The notes under the pieces: generated by a model
The model's input: the letters and a program-made list of their open reading frames with translations, nothing else
The model's database searches: none
Told to the model about the DNA's origin: nothing
Part shown: piece by piece, positions 1-9,346 of the stretch
Position numbering within the stretch: position 1 is the stretch's first letter
How the letters are laid out: each line of letters begins with the position of its first letter
Program-made: the position numbers and the translations under genes
Source of the DNA: Terriglobia bacterium
GTDB taxonomy: Bacteria; Acidobacteriota; Terriglobia; 20CM-2-55-15
Length of the DNA stretch: 64,000 nt
Assembly: GCA_965198225.1 (NCBI GenBank)
Contig: CBDAOY010000008.1
Coordinates: 96,001-160,000 of the forward strand
Direction: 5' to 3'

Positions 1-61
1 TCTATGACCGCACATCTCATGGTTCCGTGGGTATTTGTGCGCTCATAGAGCGCACCTACAC
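1..61. repeat. REP doublet (REPIN/BIME-like), truncated at window start
   Basis: tctatgaccgcac...gtgcgctcatagagcgcacctacac; same inverted REP pair as at 3043, 13109, 19978, 54751 and 62522. Confidence 0.85.
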
Positions 62-120
62 TATCCTCCGCGTGCGGAGATCACCTCTAAATACTCAATA
101 ACGGAAGGTAGACTGAAATA

Positions 121-1302
121 ATGGAATTTCAACTAACCGACAAGATCGGACGTATCTCTGCTTCTCAAACGATGGCCGTGGCGGAAGCGGCCACCCGGCT
201 CCGTGAGAAGGGCCTGGACGTCGTCGACTTTGGCCCCGGTGAGCCGGACTTTCCAACCCCCGATAACATCAAGCAGGCTGGAATTCGCGCGATCGAAGAG
301 AACTTCAGCAAGTACACGGCCGCGGGCGGTATCAAGGAGCTGAAGCAGGCGATCATCGAAAAGCACGCCCGGGATCTGGGATCGGCTTACGACCTGAGCG
401 AAGTGCTGGTCAACGTCGGTGGCAAACACTCCGTCTTCAGCATCTTTTCAGCTCTCGTCGATGACGGCGACGAGGTCATCATTCCGACGCCCTACTGGGT
501 CAGTTTTGCCGACATCACGCGTTACGTCGGTGCGACACCGGTTTTCGTGGACACTCTCGAAGGAGACGGATTTCGGTTGACCGTCGACATGGTGGAAGCC
601 TCGATCACCGCGAAGACACGGGTGCTGATCGTCAATTCCCCCAACAATCCCAGTGGCGCGGTGCTGGATGACGAGGAGTTCATTCGGATCGCGAAGCTGT
701 GTCAGGACCGCGGTGTCATCCTGATGTCGGATGAGTGCTACGTGTTTTTCCTCTACGACGACCGGAAGCCTTTCTCGATCGCGTCACAGCCCGACCTGCG
801 GGACACCATCGTCATCGCGGGCTCACTGTCCAAGACCTATGCCATGACCGGATGGCGCATCGGCTACGTCCTGGGCGACCAGTCTCTCATCAAGGGGATC
901 GGAAAACTCCAGAGCCATTCGACCTCCAACCCGACGTCGATCGCTCAGAAAGCCGCGGTCGAGGCGCTGACCGGGTCCCAGGACTCCGTTGCCGGGATGC
1001 TGGCGGAGTACGCCAAACGCCGGCGCTACGTCGTCGATAGACTGCGCTCGATTCCCGGCGTTTCCTGTCCCGAGCCGGGCGGGGCCTTCTATGCCTATCC
1101 CAACGTGTCGGCCGCCTTCAACTCGGGCATCAAAGACATCGTCGACTGGTCCGTCCAGCTGCTCGAGAAGCACCAGGTGGCGGTCGTGCCGGGCGTTGCC
1201 TTTGGCACCAGGGAGCACGTCCGCATCTCTTATGCCGCGTCCATGGAGGACCTGAAAAAGGGCCTCGACCGCATCGAGACCTTCATGTCCGACCTAGGGT
1301 AA
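121..1302 (+). CDS. PLP-dependent class I/II aminotransferase (aspartate aminotransferase-like)
   Basis: GEPDF, NSPNNPSG, SDECY and SLSKTYAMTGWRIGY (PLP lysine) motifs; 393 aa. Confidence 0.93.
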   Translation: MEFQLTDKIGRISASQTMAVAEAATRLREKGLDVVDFGPGEPDFPTPDNIKQAGIRAIEENFSKYTAAGGIKELKQAIIEKHARDLGSAYDLSEVLVNVGGKHSVFSIFSALVDDGDEVIIPTPYWVSFADITRYVGATPVFVDTLEGDGFRLTVDMVEASITAKTRVLIVNSPNNPSGAVLDDEEFIRIAKLCQDRGVILMSDECYVFFLYDDRKPFSIASQPDLRDTIVIAGSLSKTYAMTGWRIGYVLGDQSLIKGIGKLQSHSTSNPTSIAQKAAVEALTGSQDSVAGMLAEYAKRRRYVVDRLRSIPGVSCPEPGGAFYAYPNVSAAFNSGIKDIVDWSVQLLEKHQVAVVPGVAFGTREHVRISYAASMEDLKKGLDRIETFMSDLG

Positions 1303-1336
1303 GATGTGCACTCCAATCCGATTAGGCGAGGTTTTA

Positions 1337-2143
1337 ATGAAACGTGTGGTAACAGGAATGTTGCTGGTTCTGCTAGCGGCATCGACCGGTCTGGCGCAGG
1401 TGCCGGACTCTGTCTTTCTCGAGGAATTTACGTGGGTTGAAGTCCGGGATCTGATCGCGGATGGATTCACGACGATCATCATCGCCACGGGAGGAACCGA
1501 GCAGAATGGACCGCACATGGTCCTGGGAAAGCACAATTTTGTGTTGAAGCAAACGACCGACAGGGTGGCGCGAGCGCTGGGGAAGACGCTGGTGGCTCCG
1601 ATATTGGCTTACGTTCCGGAAGGAGACTGGGATGAGCCCTCCGGTCACATGCGCTATGCCGGGACGATCTCGCTGCCGAACGATGTCTTCATGGAAGTCC
1701 TCGAGCACGCCGTCCGCAGCTTTCGCCCCGCCGGCTTCACCGACATCGTCCTGCTGGGCGATTCCGGAGGAAACCAGAACGGGATGCAGCAGGTGGCCGA
1801 CAAGGTCAACGCGGACTGGCAGGGCAGTGGCTACCGCGTCCATTTCGCCAGCGACTACTACCGCAAAGCGATGGACACTCAGCGCGCCTTCCTGATCGAC
1901 AACTACGGCGAGACGCTAGAATCGATCGGATCCCACGCGGGAATCCTGGATACGTCCGAGGTGCTTGCGGTGAACCCGCACCTGATCCGAAAGAGTGAGA
2001 TCGCCATCAACGGAGGGTACGAAGGCAGCGGGGTCACCGGCGATCCGACGCGGGCTTCGGTGGCCCGCGGCGAATTGTTTCTCGCTATCAAGGTCAACAG
2101 CGCAGTCGAACAGATCCGCAAGAGCATAGAGGGAGGGCAGTAA
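1337..2143 (+). CDS. creatininase-family amidohydrolase with Sec signal peptide
   Basis: Start placed at ATG 1337 (MKRVVTGMLLVLLAASTGLA-Q signal); GGTEQNGPH, GDSGGN, HAGILDTS and GDPTRAS motifs. Confidence 0.85.
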   Translation: MKRVVTGMLLVLLAASTGLAQVPDSVFLEEFTWVEVRDLIADGFTTIIIATGGTEQNGPHMVLGKHNFVLKQTTDRVARALGKTLVAPILAYVPEGDWDEPSGHMRYAGTISLPNDVFMEVLEHAVRSFRPAGFTDIVLLGDSGGNQNGMQQVADKVNADWQGSGYRVHFASDYYRKAMDTQRAFLIDNYGETLESIGSHAGILDTSEVLAVNPHLIRKSEIAINGGYEGSGVTGDPTRASVARGELFLAIKVNSAVEQIRKSIEGGQ

Positions 2144-2144
2144 C

Positions 2145-3008
2145 GTGACCATCAATCGGAATCGGACGATCGCAGCCGCAGCCGTCCTCCTGGTGTCGAC
2201 CCTGAGCGTCGGCGCCCAGACCCCGGACACCGTGTTCCTGGAAGATCTGACGTGGGTCGAGGTGCGGGCGATGATCGACGACGGCAAGACCGTCGTGATC
2301 ATTCCGACCGGCGGGACGGAACAGAACGGTCCGCACATGCTCCTGGGCAAGCACAACTACATCATCCGCCACACCGCCGAGCAGATGGCGCGCCGGCTCG
2401 GCAACGCCCTGGTGGCGCCCGTCCTCCAGTACGTTCCCGAGGGTGATTACAACCGGGAGGGATTCGGCGACAAACCCGGTGTCATTACAAACCCAACGCC
2501 GACCTTCACGAAGGTCCTCGAATCGGCGGCGCACAGCCTCCAGGCTCACGGGTTCAAGGACATTCTGATCATCGGCGACAGCGGTGGCAACCAGGCGGGC
2601 ATGGAGGCCGCGGCCGACAACGTTAACGCAGAGTGGGCCGGGACCGATTCCCGCGTGTTCGCCCTGAGGGACTACTACGCTGTCGGTGCGGCCAACTACC
2701 GCGCCTGGATGCTCGCGCAGTTCGGGTACGGCCAGGAGACGATTGGCGGGCACGCCGGCATTTCCGACACCTCGCAGGTGCTGGCCGTCTATCCCGCGGG
2801 TATCCGTCTGGAGGAGCGGGCTCCGCTGGGCGGGTTCCCGGATGCGGGCGTTTCGGGCGATCCGACGAAAGCGACGGCTGACATCGGCCGTATGGGACTG
2901 GAGTTCAAGATAAACGCCGGTCTGGCCCAATACCGCGAGATGAAGAACCCTTCGCGTGGGAGGGATGGTCGTGGCGGTCGAGGTCGTGGTAGAGGGCCGG
3001 GCGGCTAG
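2145..3008 (+). CDS. creatininase-family amidohydrolase paralogue with signal peptide
   Basis: GTG start 1 nt after the upstream stop; GGTEQNGPH, GDSGGN, HAGISDTS, GDPTKAT; Gly/Arg-rich C-terminal tail. Confidence 0.85.
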   Translation: MTINRNRTIAAAAVLLVSTLSVGAQTPDTVFLEDLTWVEVRAMIDDGKTVVIIPTGGTEQNGPHMLLGKHNYIIRHTAEQMARRLGNALVAPVLQYVPEGDYNREGFGDKPGVITNPTPTFTKVLESAAHSLQAHGFKDILIIGDSGGNQAGMEAAADNVNAEWAGTDSRVFALRDYYAVGAANYRAWMLAQFGYGQETIGGHAGISDTSQVLAVYPAGIRLEERAPLGGFPDAGVSGDPTKATADIGRMGLEFKINAGLAQYREMKNPSRGRDGRGGRGRGRGPGG

Positions 3009-3042
3009 TGAGGGGCTTTCCAGGCCGCTCATCGCGTATCCC

Positions 3043-3114
3043 GGTGTAGGTGCGGTCTATGACCGCACAGTCTTCGAGCCGAAACAATGTGCGCTCATAG
3101 AGCGCACCTACACC
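3043..3114. repeat. REP doublet between convergent genes
   Basis: ggtgtaggtgcggtctatgaccgcac...gtgcgctcatagagcgcacctacacc. Confidence 0.9.
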
Positions 3115-4040
3115 TTCCGGTCGGTAATCGCGTGAATCTTTCTGGTCAAAGAGGTAACCGGTAGATCTCCAAACGCGACTCGGCGATAGCCTCTCCTTCG
3201 TCCGAGCTTGCCTGTAAACACATCCACCGCGATCCGGTGGTGGGTGATCGTGTGGCGGCAGTTCCCGAGCTTCGCGAACGATCCGTGTGGCAGTTCGTCG
3301 AAGGTCGGGAATTCCCAGAAACCGCCCGACTCCCGCATCAGGAACCCCCGCTCGTTCCGGTCGACGACGGCGAAGAAACGGACGTGCACGGTCTTCCGAC
3401 GTTTTCGGGGCGCCGGGAGACTCTCCGGGCTTCCGCCGGCGAACGCCTTGCAGCGCGGACCAAGCGGGCACGACACACATTTTGGCGCCTTGAACGTGCA
3501 GACCGTCGCGCCCAACTCCATCAAAGCCTGGTTGACGATCCGCGGTTCGGCCGACTGGACCATCTCCGTGGCCGCATTCCAGAGGGACTTGGGATCCTCC
3601 ACAGCCCACCCGTTCAGGCGCGACAGCACGCGTCGCACGTTGCCGTCCACGATCGGGTACGGCTTGCTGAACGCGATGCTCATGATCGCCCCGGCCATGT
3701 AGCGACCGATCCCCGGTAGAGCCAGCAGGGCATCGTAGTCGTTCGGAATCGTTCCGTCGTGATCGTCGGCCACACGCCTTGCCGCCTCGTGGAAGTTTCT
3801 GGCGCGGCTGTAGTAGCCCAGCCCGGACCAGAGGCGAAGCACCTCCTCTAGATCGGCGGCTGCGAGGTCTTCGAGTCCCGGAAAGCGTTCGAGGAAGCGG
3901 TCGTAGTAAGGAAGTACCGTATCGACCTGGGTCTGCTGCAGCATCACCTCTGAGACCCAGACATGGTAGGGATCGTAGGATTCGCGCCAGGGAAGTGCCC
4001 GGTGGCTGGCTTCGAACCAGTCGACCAGAGCCTGAATCAT
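3108..4040 (-). CDS. mutY: A/G-specific adenine DNA glycosylase
   Basis: VWVSEVMLQQTQV, WSGLGYYSRARN, HhH LPGIGRY, VDGNVRRV, 4Fe-4S motif CTFKAPKCVSCPLGPRC; short C-terminal domain. Confidence 0.93.
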   Translation of the reverse strand: MIQALVDWFEASHRALPWRESYDPYHVWVSEVMLQQTQVDTVLPYYDRFLERFPGLEDLAAADLEEVLRLWSGLGYYSRARNFHEAARRVADDHDGTIPNDYDALLALPGIGRYMAGAIMSIAFSKPYPIVDGNVRRVLSRLNGWAVEDPKSLWNAATEMVQSAEPRIVNQALMELGATVCTFKAPKCVSCPLGPRCKAFAGGSPESLPAPRKRRKTVHVRFFAVVDRNERGFLMRESGGFWEFPTFDELPHGSFAKLGNCRHTITHHRIAVDVFTGKLGRRRGYRRVAFGDLPVTSLTRKIHAITDRKV

Positions 4041-4043
4041 CGT

Positions 4044-5189
4044 CTAACCGGCGGTGGACAGCTGGCCTTCGCGGATTTCGGCCGATTCACGCAGGTCCTG
4101 TTCGATCTTCTTGATCTGAACCAGGTGCTGAGGATTGAACGCGAGTGACGGGTAGTAGCAGTTGCTTTCGTGCGTGCAGAAGCAACCGTCGGCGACCTGC
4201 TCCCGCCTGGCATCCATTTTTGGGGAATACCAGAGCTTCGAAAAGTCCCAGTCGTAGTCGCGCAGGTTGCCGACGCCCTCCAGGATCTCGCAGCTGGAAA
4301 CCGTGCCTTCGTCGTAGATCACCCCTCCGGCGTCGCCGGCAAAGCATCGGAGCTGCGGACGGCCTTCCAGGGCGGTTTTCGCGATGAGCTCGTGCATGTA
4401 CACGTCGATGGCTGCCTTGAAGAAGCCGGCATCTCCTCCGTAGCTGTTCTTCAGGGCCGCGTGGGCCGAGTCCTGCCCGATTGATTCGGTCAACTTGTAG
4501 TAGCGGGAGATATCGATGTCGAGCTCCTTGGGGACGGCGGAAGGAGGCCGGATGTAGTTGACGTTCACCTTGTCGGGCTTCAGGTCGTTCTTCAGGAAAT
4601 CGTACCACTCGAAAATCCGGTCCTGGTTGCTGTTCATGAAGCAGGTGCAGGTCTGGATGTCGAGCTGCGGGTGATCTTTCTTGATTCCCTGGAGCTGCCG
4701 CGCCGTGTCGATGACCCGATCCCAGCTTCCCGGCTTCTGCCGGATCTTGTCGTGCTCTTCGGCGAGGCCGTCGATTCCGAGAGCCACAGTGACGTTCAGC
4801 TTTGGACACTCCTCGAGTATTCGACTGACATCGGGCAGGACCCTTTGCTGGATCTGGCCGTTCGACATCAAATAGATCGACTCAAGGCGGTTGTTTTCGT
4901 GGAACGCCCGCGCGATCTCGGGAAGATCCTTGCGGGTAAACGGTTCGCCGCCGGCGATGACCAGGACCCCGAGGTTCGCCCCGAGCGTCTCGCTGATGCG
5001 CGCGATCTCGTGGGTCTTCATCTGCAGCTTCTTGCGGGGCTTGTCGTCCAATTCGTCGGTGAAGAAACAGTGCACGCACCGCATGTCACACACCGAGGTA
5101 ACGAGGATGTTCAGCAGGATCGGCGCAAACGGGCGTCCCGTAACCATCCGAGCGTACCGTTTCAGTATTTCTTTATTGTGAAAGTCCAT
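4044..5189 (-). CDS. radical SAM protein with C-terminal SPASM/twitch-type domain
   Basis: CDMRCVHC, GGEPF, C-terminal CFAG...SCE...CFCTHESNC. Confidence 0.85.
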   Translation of the reverse strand: MDFHNKEILKRYARMVTGRPFAPILLNILVTSVCDMRCVHCFFTDELDDKPRKKLQMKTHEIARISETLGANLGVLVIAGGEPFTRKDLPEIARAFHENNRLESIYLMSNGQIQQRVLPDVSRILEECPKLNVTVALGIDGLAEEHDKIRQKPGSWDRVIDTARQLQGIKKDHPQLDIQTCTCFMNSNQDRIFEWYDFLKNDLKPDKVNVNYIRPPSAVPKELDIDISRYYKLTESIGQDSAHAALKNSYGGDAGFFKAAIDVYMHELIAKTALEGRPQLRCFAGDAGGVIYDEGTVSSCEILEGVGNLRDYDWDFSKLWYSPKMDARREQVADGCFCTHESNCYYPSLAFNPQHLVQIKKIEQDLRESAEIREGQLSTAG

Positions 5190-5200
5190 GGGGGCTTTGC

Positions 5201-5292
5201 CAGTAGTCAGTTGTCAGTAGTCGGTAGTCAGTTATCGAACCACCCCGTCTGCACCTGCGGTGCAGCCACCCCTCCTTATCCAAGGAGGGGAG
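5201..5292. repeat. heptamer tandem repeat followed by a two-hairpin REP-like element
   Basis: cagtagt-cagttgt-cagtagt-cggtagt-cagttat (5201-5235); hairpins ctgcacc/ggtgcag and cccctcctt/aaggagggg. Confidence 0.6.
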
Positions 5293-5320
5293 TTTTCGCG
5301 CCTCTCTTGCTGGTGACTCC

Positions 5321-6862
5321 TCAAGAGACCGAGTATACAGTTTTTCCACCCAGGATCGTCATCAGAACATCCAGGTTGTGGATGTTGTCGGTGTCGAACG
5401 GATCTTCGGAAACCACGACCATGTCGGCGAGCTTGCCGACGTCAATCGATCCCTTGCCGTTCTCCTCCCCGGAGGCGTACGCACCGCCGATTGTGAAAGC
5501 CTGGAGCACCTCGCGAAGTGACAGGGCCTCTTCGGTGAAGAAATCCTGGCCGCCGAGGGAGCGCCGGTTCCGGGCGACTTCGATCGACGGCAGCACGGCG
5601 GGGGACTCGACCGGGCAGTCCGATCCGAATGCCAGCTTCATCCCCGCCTCTCTCAGGCTCTTGAACGCGTACGCATATCGGCTGCGCCCACCCCAGTATT
5701 CGTGCGCGATTTCCGCGTCGGAGCTCATGTGGATCGGCTGGACCGACGCGATGAGGTTGAGGGCACCGAGACGGCTGAGGTCGTCGGGGTCGATCAACTG
5801 GACGTGCTCGATGCGGTGGCGTAGGCTCGAGCTCGGGACGCGCTCGAAATGATCGATCGCGCGCCGGACCGCCTTGTCGCCGATCGCGTGCATCGCCACC
5901 GAGATTCCGGACTCTGTCGCGCGATCGACGAGGGAGGCGAGTTCCTCATCCCTCGTGTAGGTGATGCCGCAACTGCCGGAGCGCTCGAAGGGCTGGAGCA
6001 TCTCGGCGGTCTGTGACCCGAGGGTTCCGTCGAGAAATATCTTCAGCGGACCGACGCGCAGGAACTCGTCGCCGAAACCGGTCCTGATCCCATTGTCAGT
6101 GAACTCGTCGAGGTTCGTCTTCGCGATCAATGTATGGAATCGAAGCCCCAGCCCCTCGGTCTGGTTCAGGTAGGACAGGGTTTTGAATTCGTCGAGTCCC
6201 TCCATCGTGTGGACGGAGGTGATCCCGAAGCGATGAAAGTCGGGTGTTGCGGCACGGACCGAATCGATCCAATCCTGGCGGGACGGCGGCGGGATGAGGT
6301 TGCGGAACTCCTCCATCGCCCTTTCCCGAATGACGCCCGTCAGTTCGCCGGTAACGGGATCGCGATCGATCCGGCCCCCTTGAGGGTCCGGAGTGTGAGG
6401 TCCCCACCCGACCGCTTCCAGCGCACGGGTGTTTACCCAGAACAGGTGAACATCCTTGCGTGTGAGAACAACCGGGTTGTCCGGAGCGACTTCGTCCAGG
6501 TCCTGCCGCGTCGGCCAGCGGTCCCAGAGGTTCTGATTCCAGCCAATTCCCCGAATCCATTCGCCCGCGGGTTTCTTCGAGACAAACTGCCGGACGCACT
6601 CGACCGCTTCTTCGATCGGAGCCACTCGGTCGAGGTCGATTCCCGACAGGCTCAGGCCGTAGTAGCAGAAGTGGGTGTGGGAGTCGATAAAGCCGGGGAC
6701 CACCGTTCGACCCCCGAGATCGATGACCTCTGTCTTGGGACCCCGACTGACATCCCCCACTTCCGCGATGCGGCCGGCCAGTACCGAGACCGAGGAGACA
6801 GTACGGTCAAAAGAGGAGCCGACGTAGATCCTTCCGTTGGTCAGGACGACATCGGGTTCCAT
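5321..6862 (-). CDS. metal-dependent amidohydrolase (amidohydro_3, YtcJ-like)
   Basis: PGFIDSHTH, LKIFLDG, HAIGD, HRIEH and FGSDCPV motifs; start placed at ATG 6862 because the upstream extension runs into the MITE. Confidence 0.9.
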   Translation of the reverse strand: MEPDVVLTNGRIYVGSSFDRTVSSVSVLAGRIAEVGDVSRGPKTEVIDLGGRTVVPGFIDSHTHFCYYGLSLSGIDLDRVAPIEEAVECVRQFVSKKPAGEWIRGIGWNQNLWDRWPTRQDLDEVAPDNPVVLTRKDVHLFWVNTRALEAVGWGPHTPDPQGGRIDRDPVTGELTGVIRERAMEEFRNLIPPPSRQDWIDSVRAATPDFHRFGITSVHTMEGLDEFKTLSYLNQTEGLGLRFHTLIAKTNLDEFTDNGIRTGFGDEFLRVGPLKIFLDGTLGSQTAEMLQPFERSGSCGITYTRDEELASLVDRATESGISVAMHAIGDKAVRRAIDHFERVPSSSLRHRIEHVQLIDPDDLSRLGALNLIASVQPIHMSSDAEIAHEYWGGRSRYAYAFKSLREAGMKLAFGSDCPVESPAVLPSIEVARNRRSLGGQDFFTEEALSLREVLQAFTIGGAYASGEENGKGSIDVGKLADMVVVSEDPFDTDNIHNLDVLMTILGGKTVYSVS

Positions 6863-6873
6863 TCGGTGGCTAG

Positions 6874-7143
6874 TGGCCTGCAACGGAGATATCGGCACCA
6901 TCGCCGATGGGTCTTGCCAGTCGAGGTCGAGGAGAGAGGAGGAATTGATGCGGTTTCATCATGACGACGAACGACAAAGAGATCGACGGCAACCCCCATC
7001 GGCCCGGAGGGTTGCGGCGGAACGGTGGGGTCTTCGTTGCCGCTACCATTTCATTGTAAGACCCGCTTCTCACGGGTTGTCGGCTCCTAGAATCCGGCGC
7101 CGTTCCACCGCAACGCTGGTACCGATATCTCCGTTACAGGCCA
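6874..7143. mobile_element. non-autonomous MITE-like element, copy 1
   Basis: Terminal inverted repeats tggcctgcaacggagatatcggcacca / tggtaccgatatctccgttacaggcca, flanked by CTAG/CTCG; second copy at 58824-59090. Confidence 0.75.
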
Positions 7144-7147
7144 CTCG

Positions 7148-8113
7148 TTACCGATTCTGCGCAGTCGGCTTGCCGTCAGGCGCGCGGTAGCCTGGCTTGG
7201 TCCGAACCGACATCTTCGGGAATCCACGCGGGGCGTTCACCTTGACTTCGACGTCGCGCCAGGTTCCGTCGAGATTCCTGTTGGACGGGTTGTATCCGAT
7301 CGTGTAGTGGTTGCGGAGGTCATGCGCGATCTGGCGGCACAGCTCCTCGACCTCTGCGAGACTTTTCGGGAAGAAGGCTTCGCCGCCGGTCGTTTCGGCG
7401 ATCTCTTCGAGCGCCTTCTTCGCCTTCTGTGACGGAGACTTCCGGAAGAGTCCGCCCCGCTGATCGTTCTCCTCCAGCAGACCGATCGCGTAGACGGTCA
7501 CGTTGGCGTCGCGGAGCCTCTCGATCACCTCGTCGAACGTGTAGCTGCTCTTGTTGTCTTCGCCGTCCGTGATCACGAGCAGCGCTTTCTTGTCCATCCG
7601 CCCATCCGTTTCGACATGCTCGGTGGACAGATACACTGCATCGTTGAACGCCGTCTCTCCGCGGGTGTCGATGTTGTCCAGCGTGTCCATCAGGTTGCCG
7701 ATACTGCCGGTGAAATTCTGTTCCAGGTAGGCGGAATCGTCGAAGTTCACGATGAATGTTTCGTCCTCGGGATTGCTCTCCCGGACGAAGGTTAGAGCCG
7801 CGCTGTTCACCCGCTCGCGCCTGTTCCGCATGCTGCCGCTGTTGTCGATGACCAGCCCGACGCTGATGGGAACGTCCTCGTGTTTGAAGAGCGCGATCTG
7901 TTGCGGAACCCTGTCCTCGAGCACCTGAAAATGTGCTTGCTCCAGGCCGAGAACAGGCTGTCCATCCCGGTCGACGACCGACACGGGAAGCTGGACCAGC
8001 TGCACATCGACACTGATCTGAAAATCCTTACCTGGTTCTTTCTGGAGTTGCTGGGCCCCGGCGAGCGTTGCCGGAATGATCAGGAGGGCGATTGCGATGA
8101 GACGTCGGTACAC
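7148..8113 (-). CDS. exported VWA-domain protein (acidobacterial VWFA type)
   Basis: Signal peptide; MIDAS DNSGS, ITDGEDN, TGG..FFP, LRNHYTIGY and RTKPGY. Confidence 0.88.
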   Translation of the reverse strand: MYRRLIAIALLIIPATLAGAQQLQKEPGKDFQISVDVQLVQLPVSVVDRDGQPVLGLEQAHFQVLEDRVPQQIALFKHEDVPISVGLVIDNSGSMRNRRERVNSAALTFVRESNPEDETFIVNFDDSAYLEQNFTGSIGNLMDTLDNIDTRGETAFNDAVYLSTEHVETDGRMDKKALLVITDGEDNKSSYTFDEVIERLRDANVTVYAIGLLEENDQRGGLFRKSPSQKAKKALEEIAETTGGEAFFPKSLAEVEELCRQIAHDLRNHYTIGYNPSNRNLDGTWRDVEVKVNAPRGFPKMSVRTKPGYRAPDGKPTAQNR

Positions 8114-8144
8114 TTCAACTCAGGCTGTCCATCCGGAGGCGGTG

Positions 8145-9071
8145 CTACTGAACCGGTCCGTAGTAACCTTGTTTGGCCCGAACGGTGAGGCGCGGGAGAC
8201 CGCGCGGAGGGTTGACCTTGACCTGAACCTTACGCCACTTACCGTCCTTGCCCTCGTTTGTAGAAAAGTATCCGATGACGTACTGGTTCTTCAGCTCCAC
8301 GGCGATCTTCGTCGTAATGTCTTCGAGCTCGTAGACCGAGTTCGGGAAAAAGGATCGACCGCCGGTGACCTCGGACAGTTCCTCGATCAACGCGCGGCCC
8401 GTCCGCCCCATCGCCAGTTGCGAGTTCCAGTTGTTGACGATCCCGATCGAGTAGATCTGGACGTCGGACTCCTTGACGAACTCCCGGACGTTGCCGAAGG
8501 TGTAGCGGCTGCGGTTGTCCTCGCCGTCGGTGATCATCAGCAGCGCTTTCTTCGGGTTCGAACCTTCGTCGACTTTTTCCAGCGCGAGGTAAACGGCGTC
8601 GTAGAGCGCCGTCATGCCCTTGGCCGGTGTGAAGATCAACTGGTTCTGCAGTCGGGAAATGTCGGTCGTGAAGTCCTGGGCGATCGATGGCTTGGCGCTG
8701 AACTCGGCCAGAAAGTACTCGTCTTCGGGGCTACCTGTCTTGAGGAACGTCACCGCGGCGTCGCGTGCGATGGACAGCTTGTCCTTCATGCTTCCGCTGA
8801 CGTCGAATACGATGCCGAGGCTGAGTGCAACGTCCTCTGCTGAAAAGTACTGGAGTTCCTGCTCGACGCGGTCTTCGAAGATCTCGAAATGCTCGCCTTC
8901 CAGACCCGTGACGTAACGATTCTGAGGGTCCGTTACGGTCGCGTTGATCAGCACGAGATCGACGTCGACCTTGAGGGTCTGGTTCAGCGCCTGCCGCATG
9001 TCCTGCGAATATGCGACCACCGCAACCAGCATGAAGGCAGATATGGTTAGAACCCACTTCTTACCCTTCAT
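8145..9071 (-). CDS. exported VWA-domain protein (acidobacterial VWFA type), paralogue
   Basis: Signal peptide; DVSGS, TALYDA, ITDGEDN, LKNQYVIGY and RAKQGYY. Confidence 0.88.
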   Translation of the reverse strand: MKGKKWVLTISAFMLVAVVAYSQDMRQALNQTLKVDVDLVLINATVTDPQNRYVTGLEGEHFEIFEDRVEQELQYFSAEDVALSLGIVFDVSGSMKDKLSIARDAAVTFLKTGSPEDEYFLAEFSAKPSIAQDFTTDISRLQNQLIFTPAKGMTALYDAVYLALEKVDEGSNPKKALLMITDGEDNRSRYTFGNVREFVKESDVQIYSIGIVNNWNSQLAMGRTGRALIEELSEVTGGRSFFPNSVYELEDITTKIAVELKNQYVIGYFSTNEGKDGKWRKVQVKVNPPRGLPRLTVRAKQGYYGPVQ

Positions 9072-9346
9072 CGGCAACACTCCCTTTGCCGGCCCTCTCT
9101 AGAGCCCCTAAATAGAGTAAGTTGAACAAGTTGTCAGACTTGTTTGACCCGATTATAGTCATTCGTCATTCCCAGCGCAAGTCCGGATTCCCACACGACC
9201 TTTGTATGCTTAGAGTTAGGTCAAAACTGGTCCCGTCGACTACTTTTCTTTTCCGTCCTAAAGCTCCCAATCCGCTCCTGACGGTGTGCTATAGTCACCG
9301 TTGGATTTACAGAGATACGACCACCCGTTACGGGTTTTCGGTCTTG

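Noticed and set aside
4044-5189. rSAM next to mutY as a second RiPP maturase
   Set aside because: No precursor peptide or clear RRE nearby, and the context is housekeeping.
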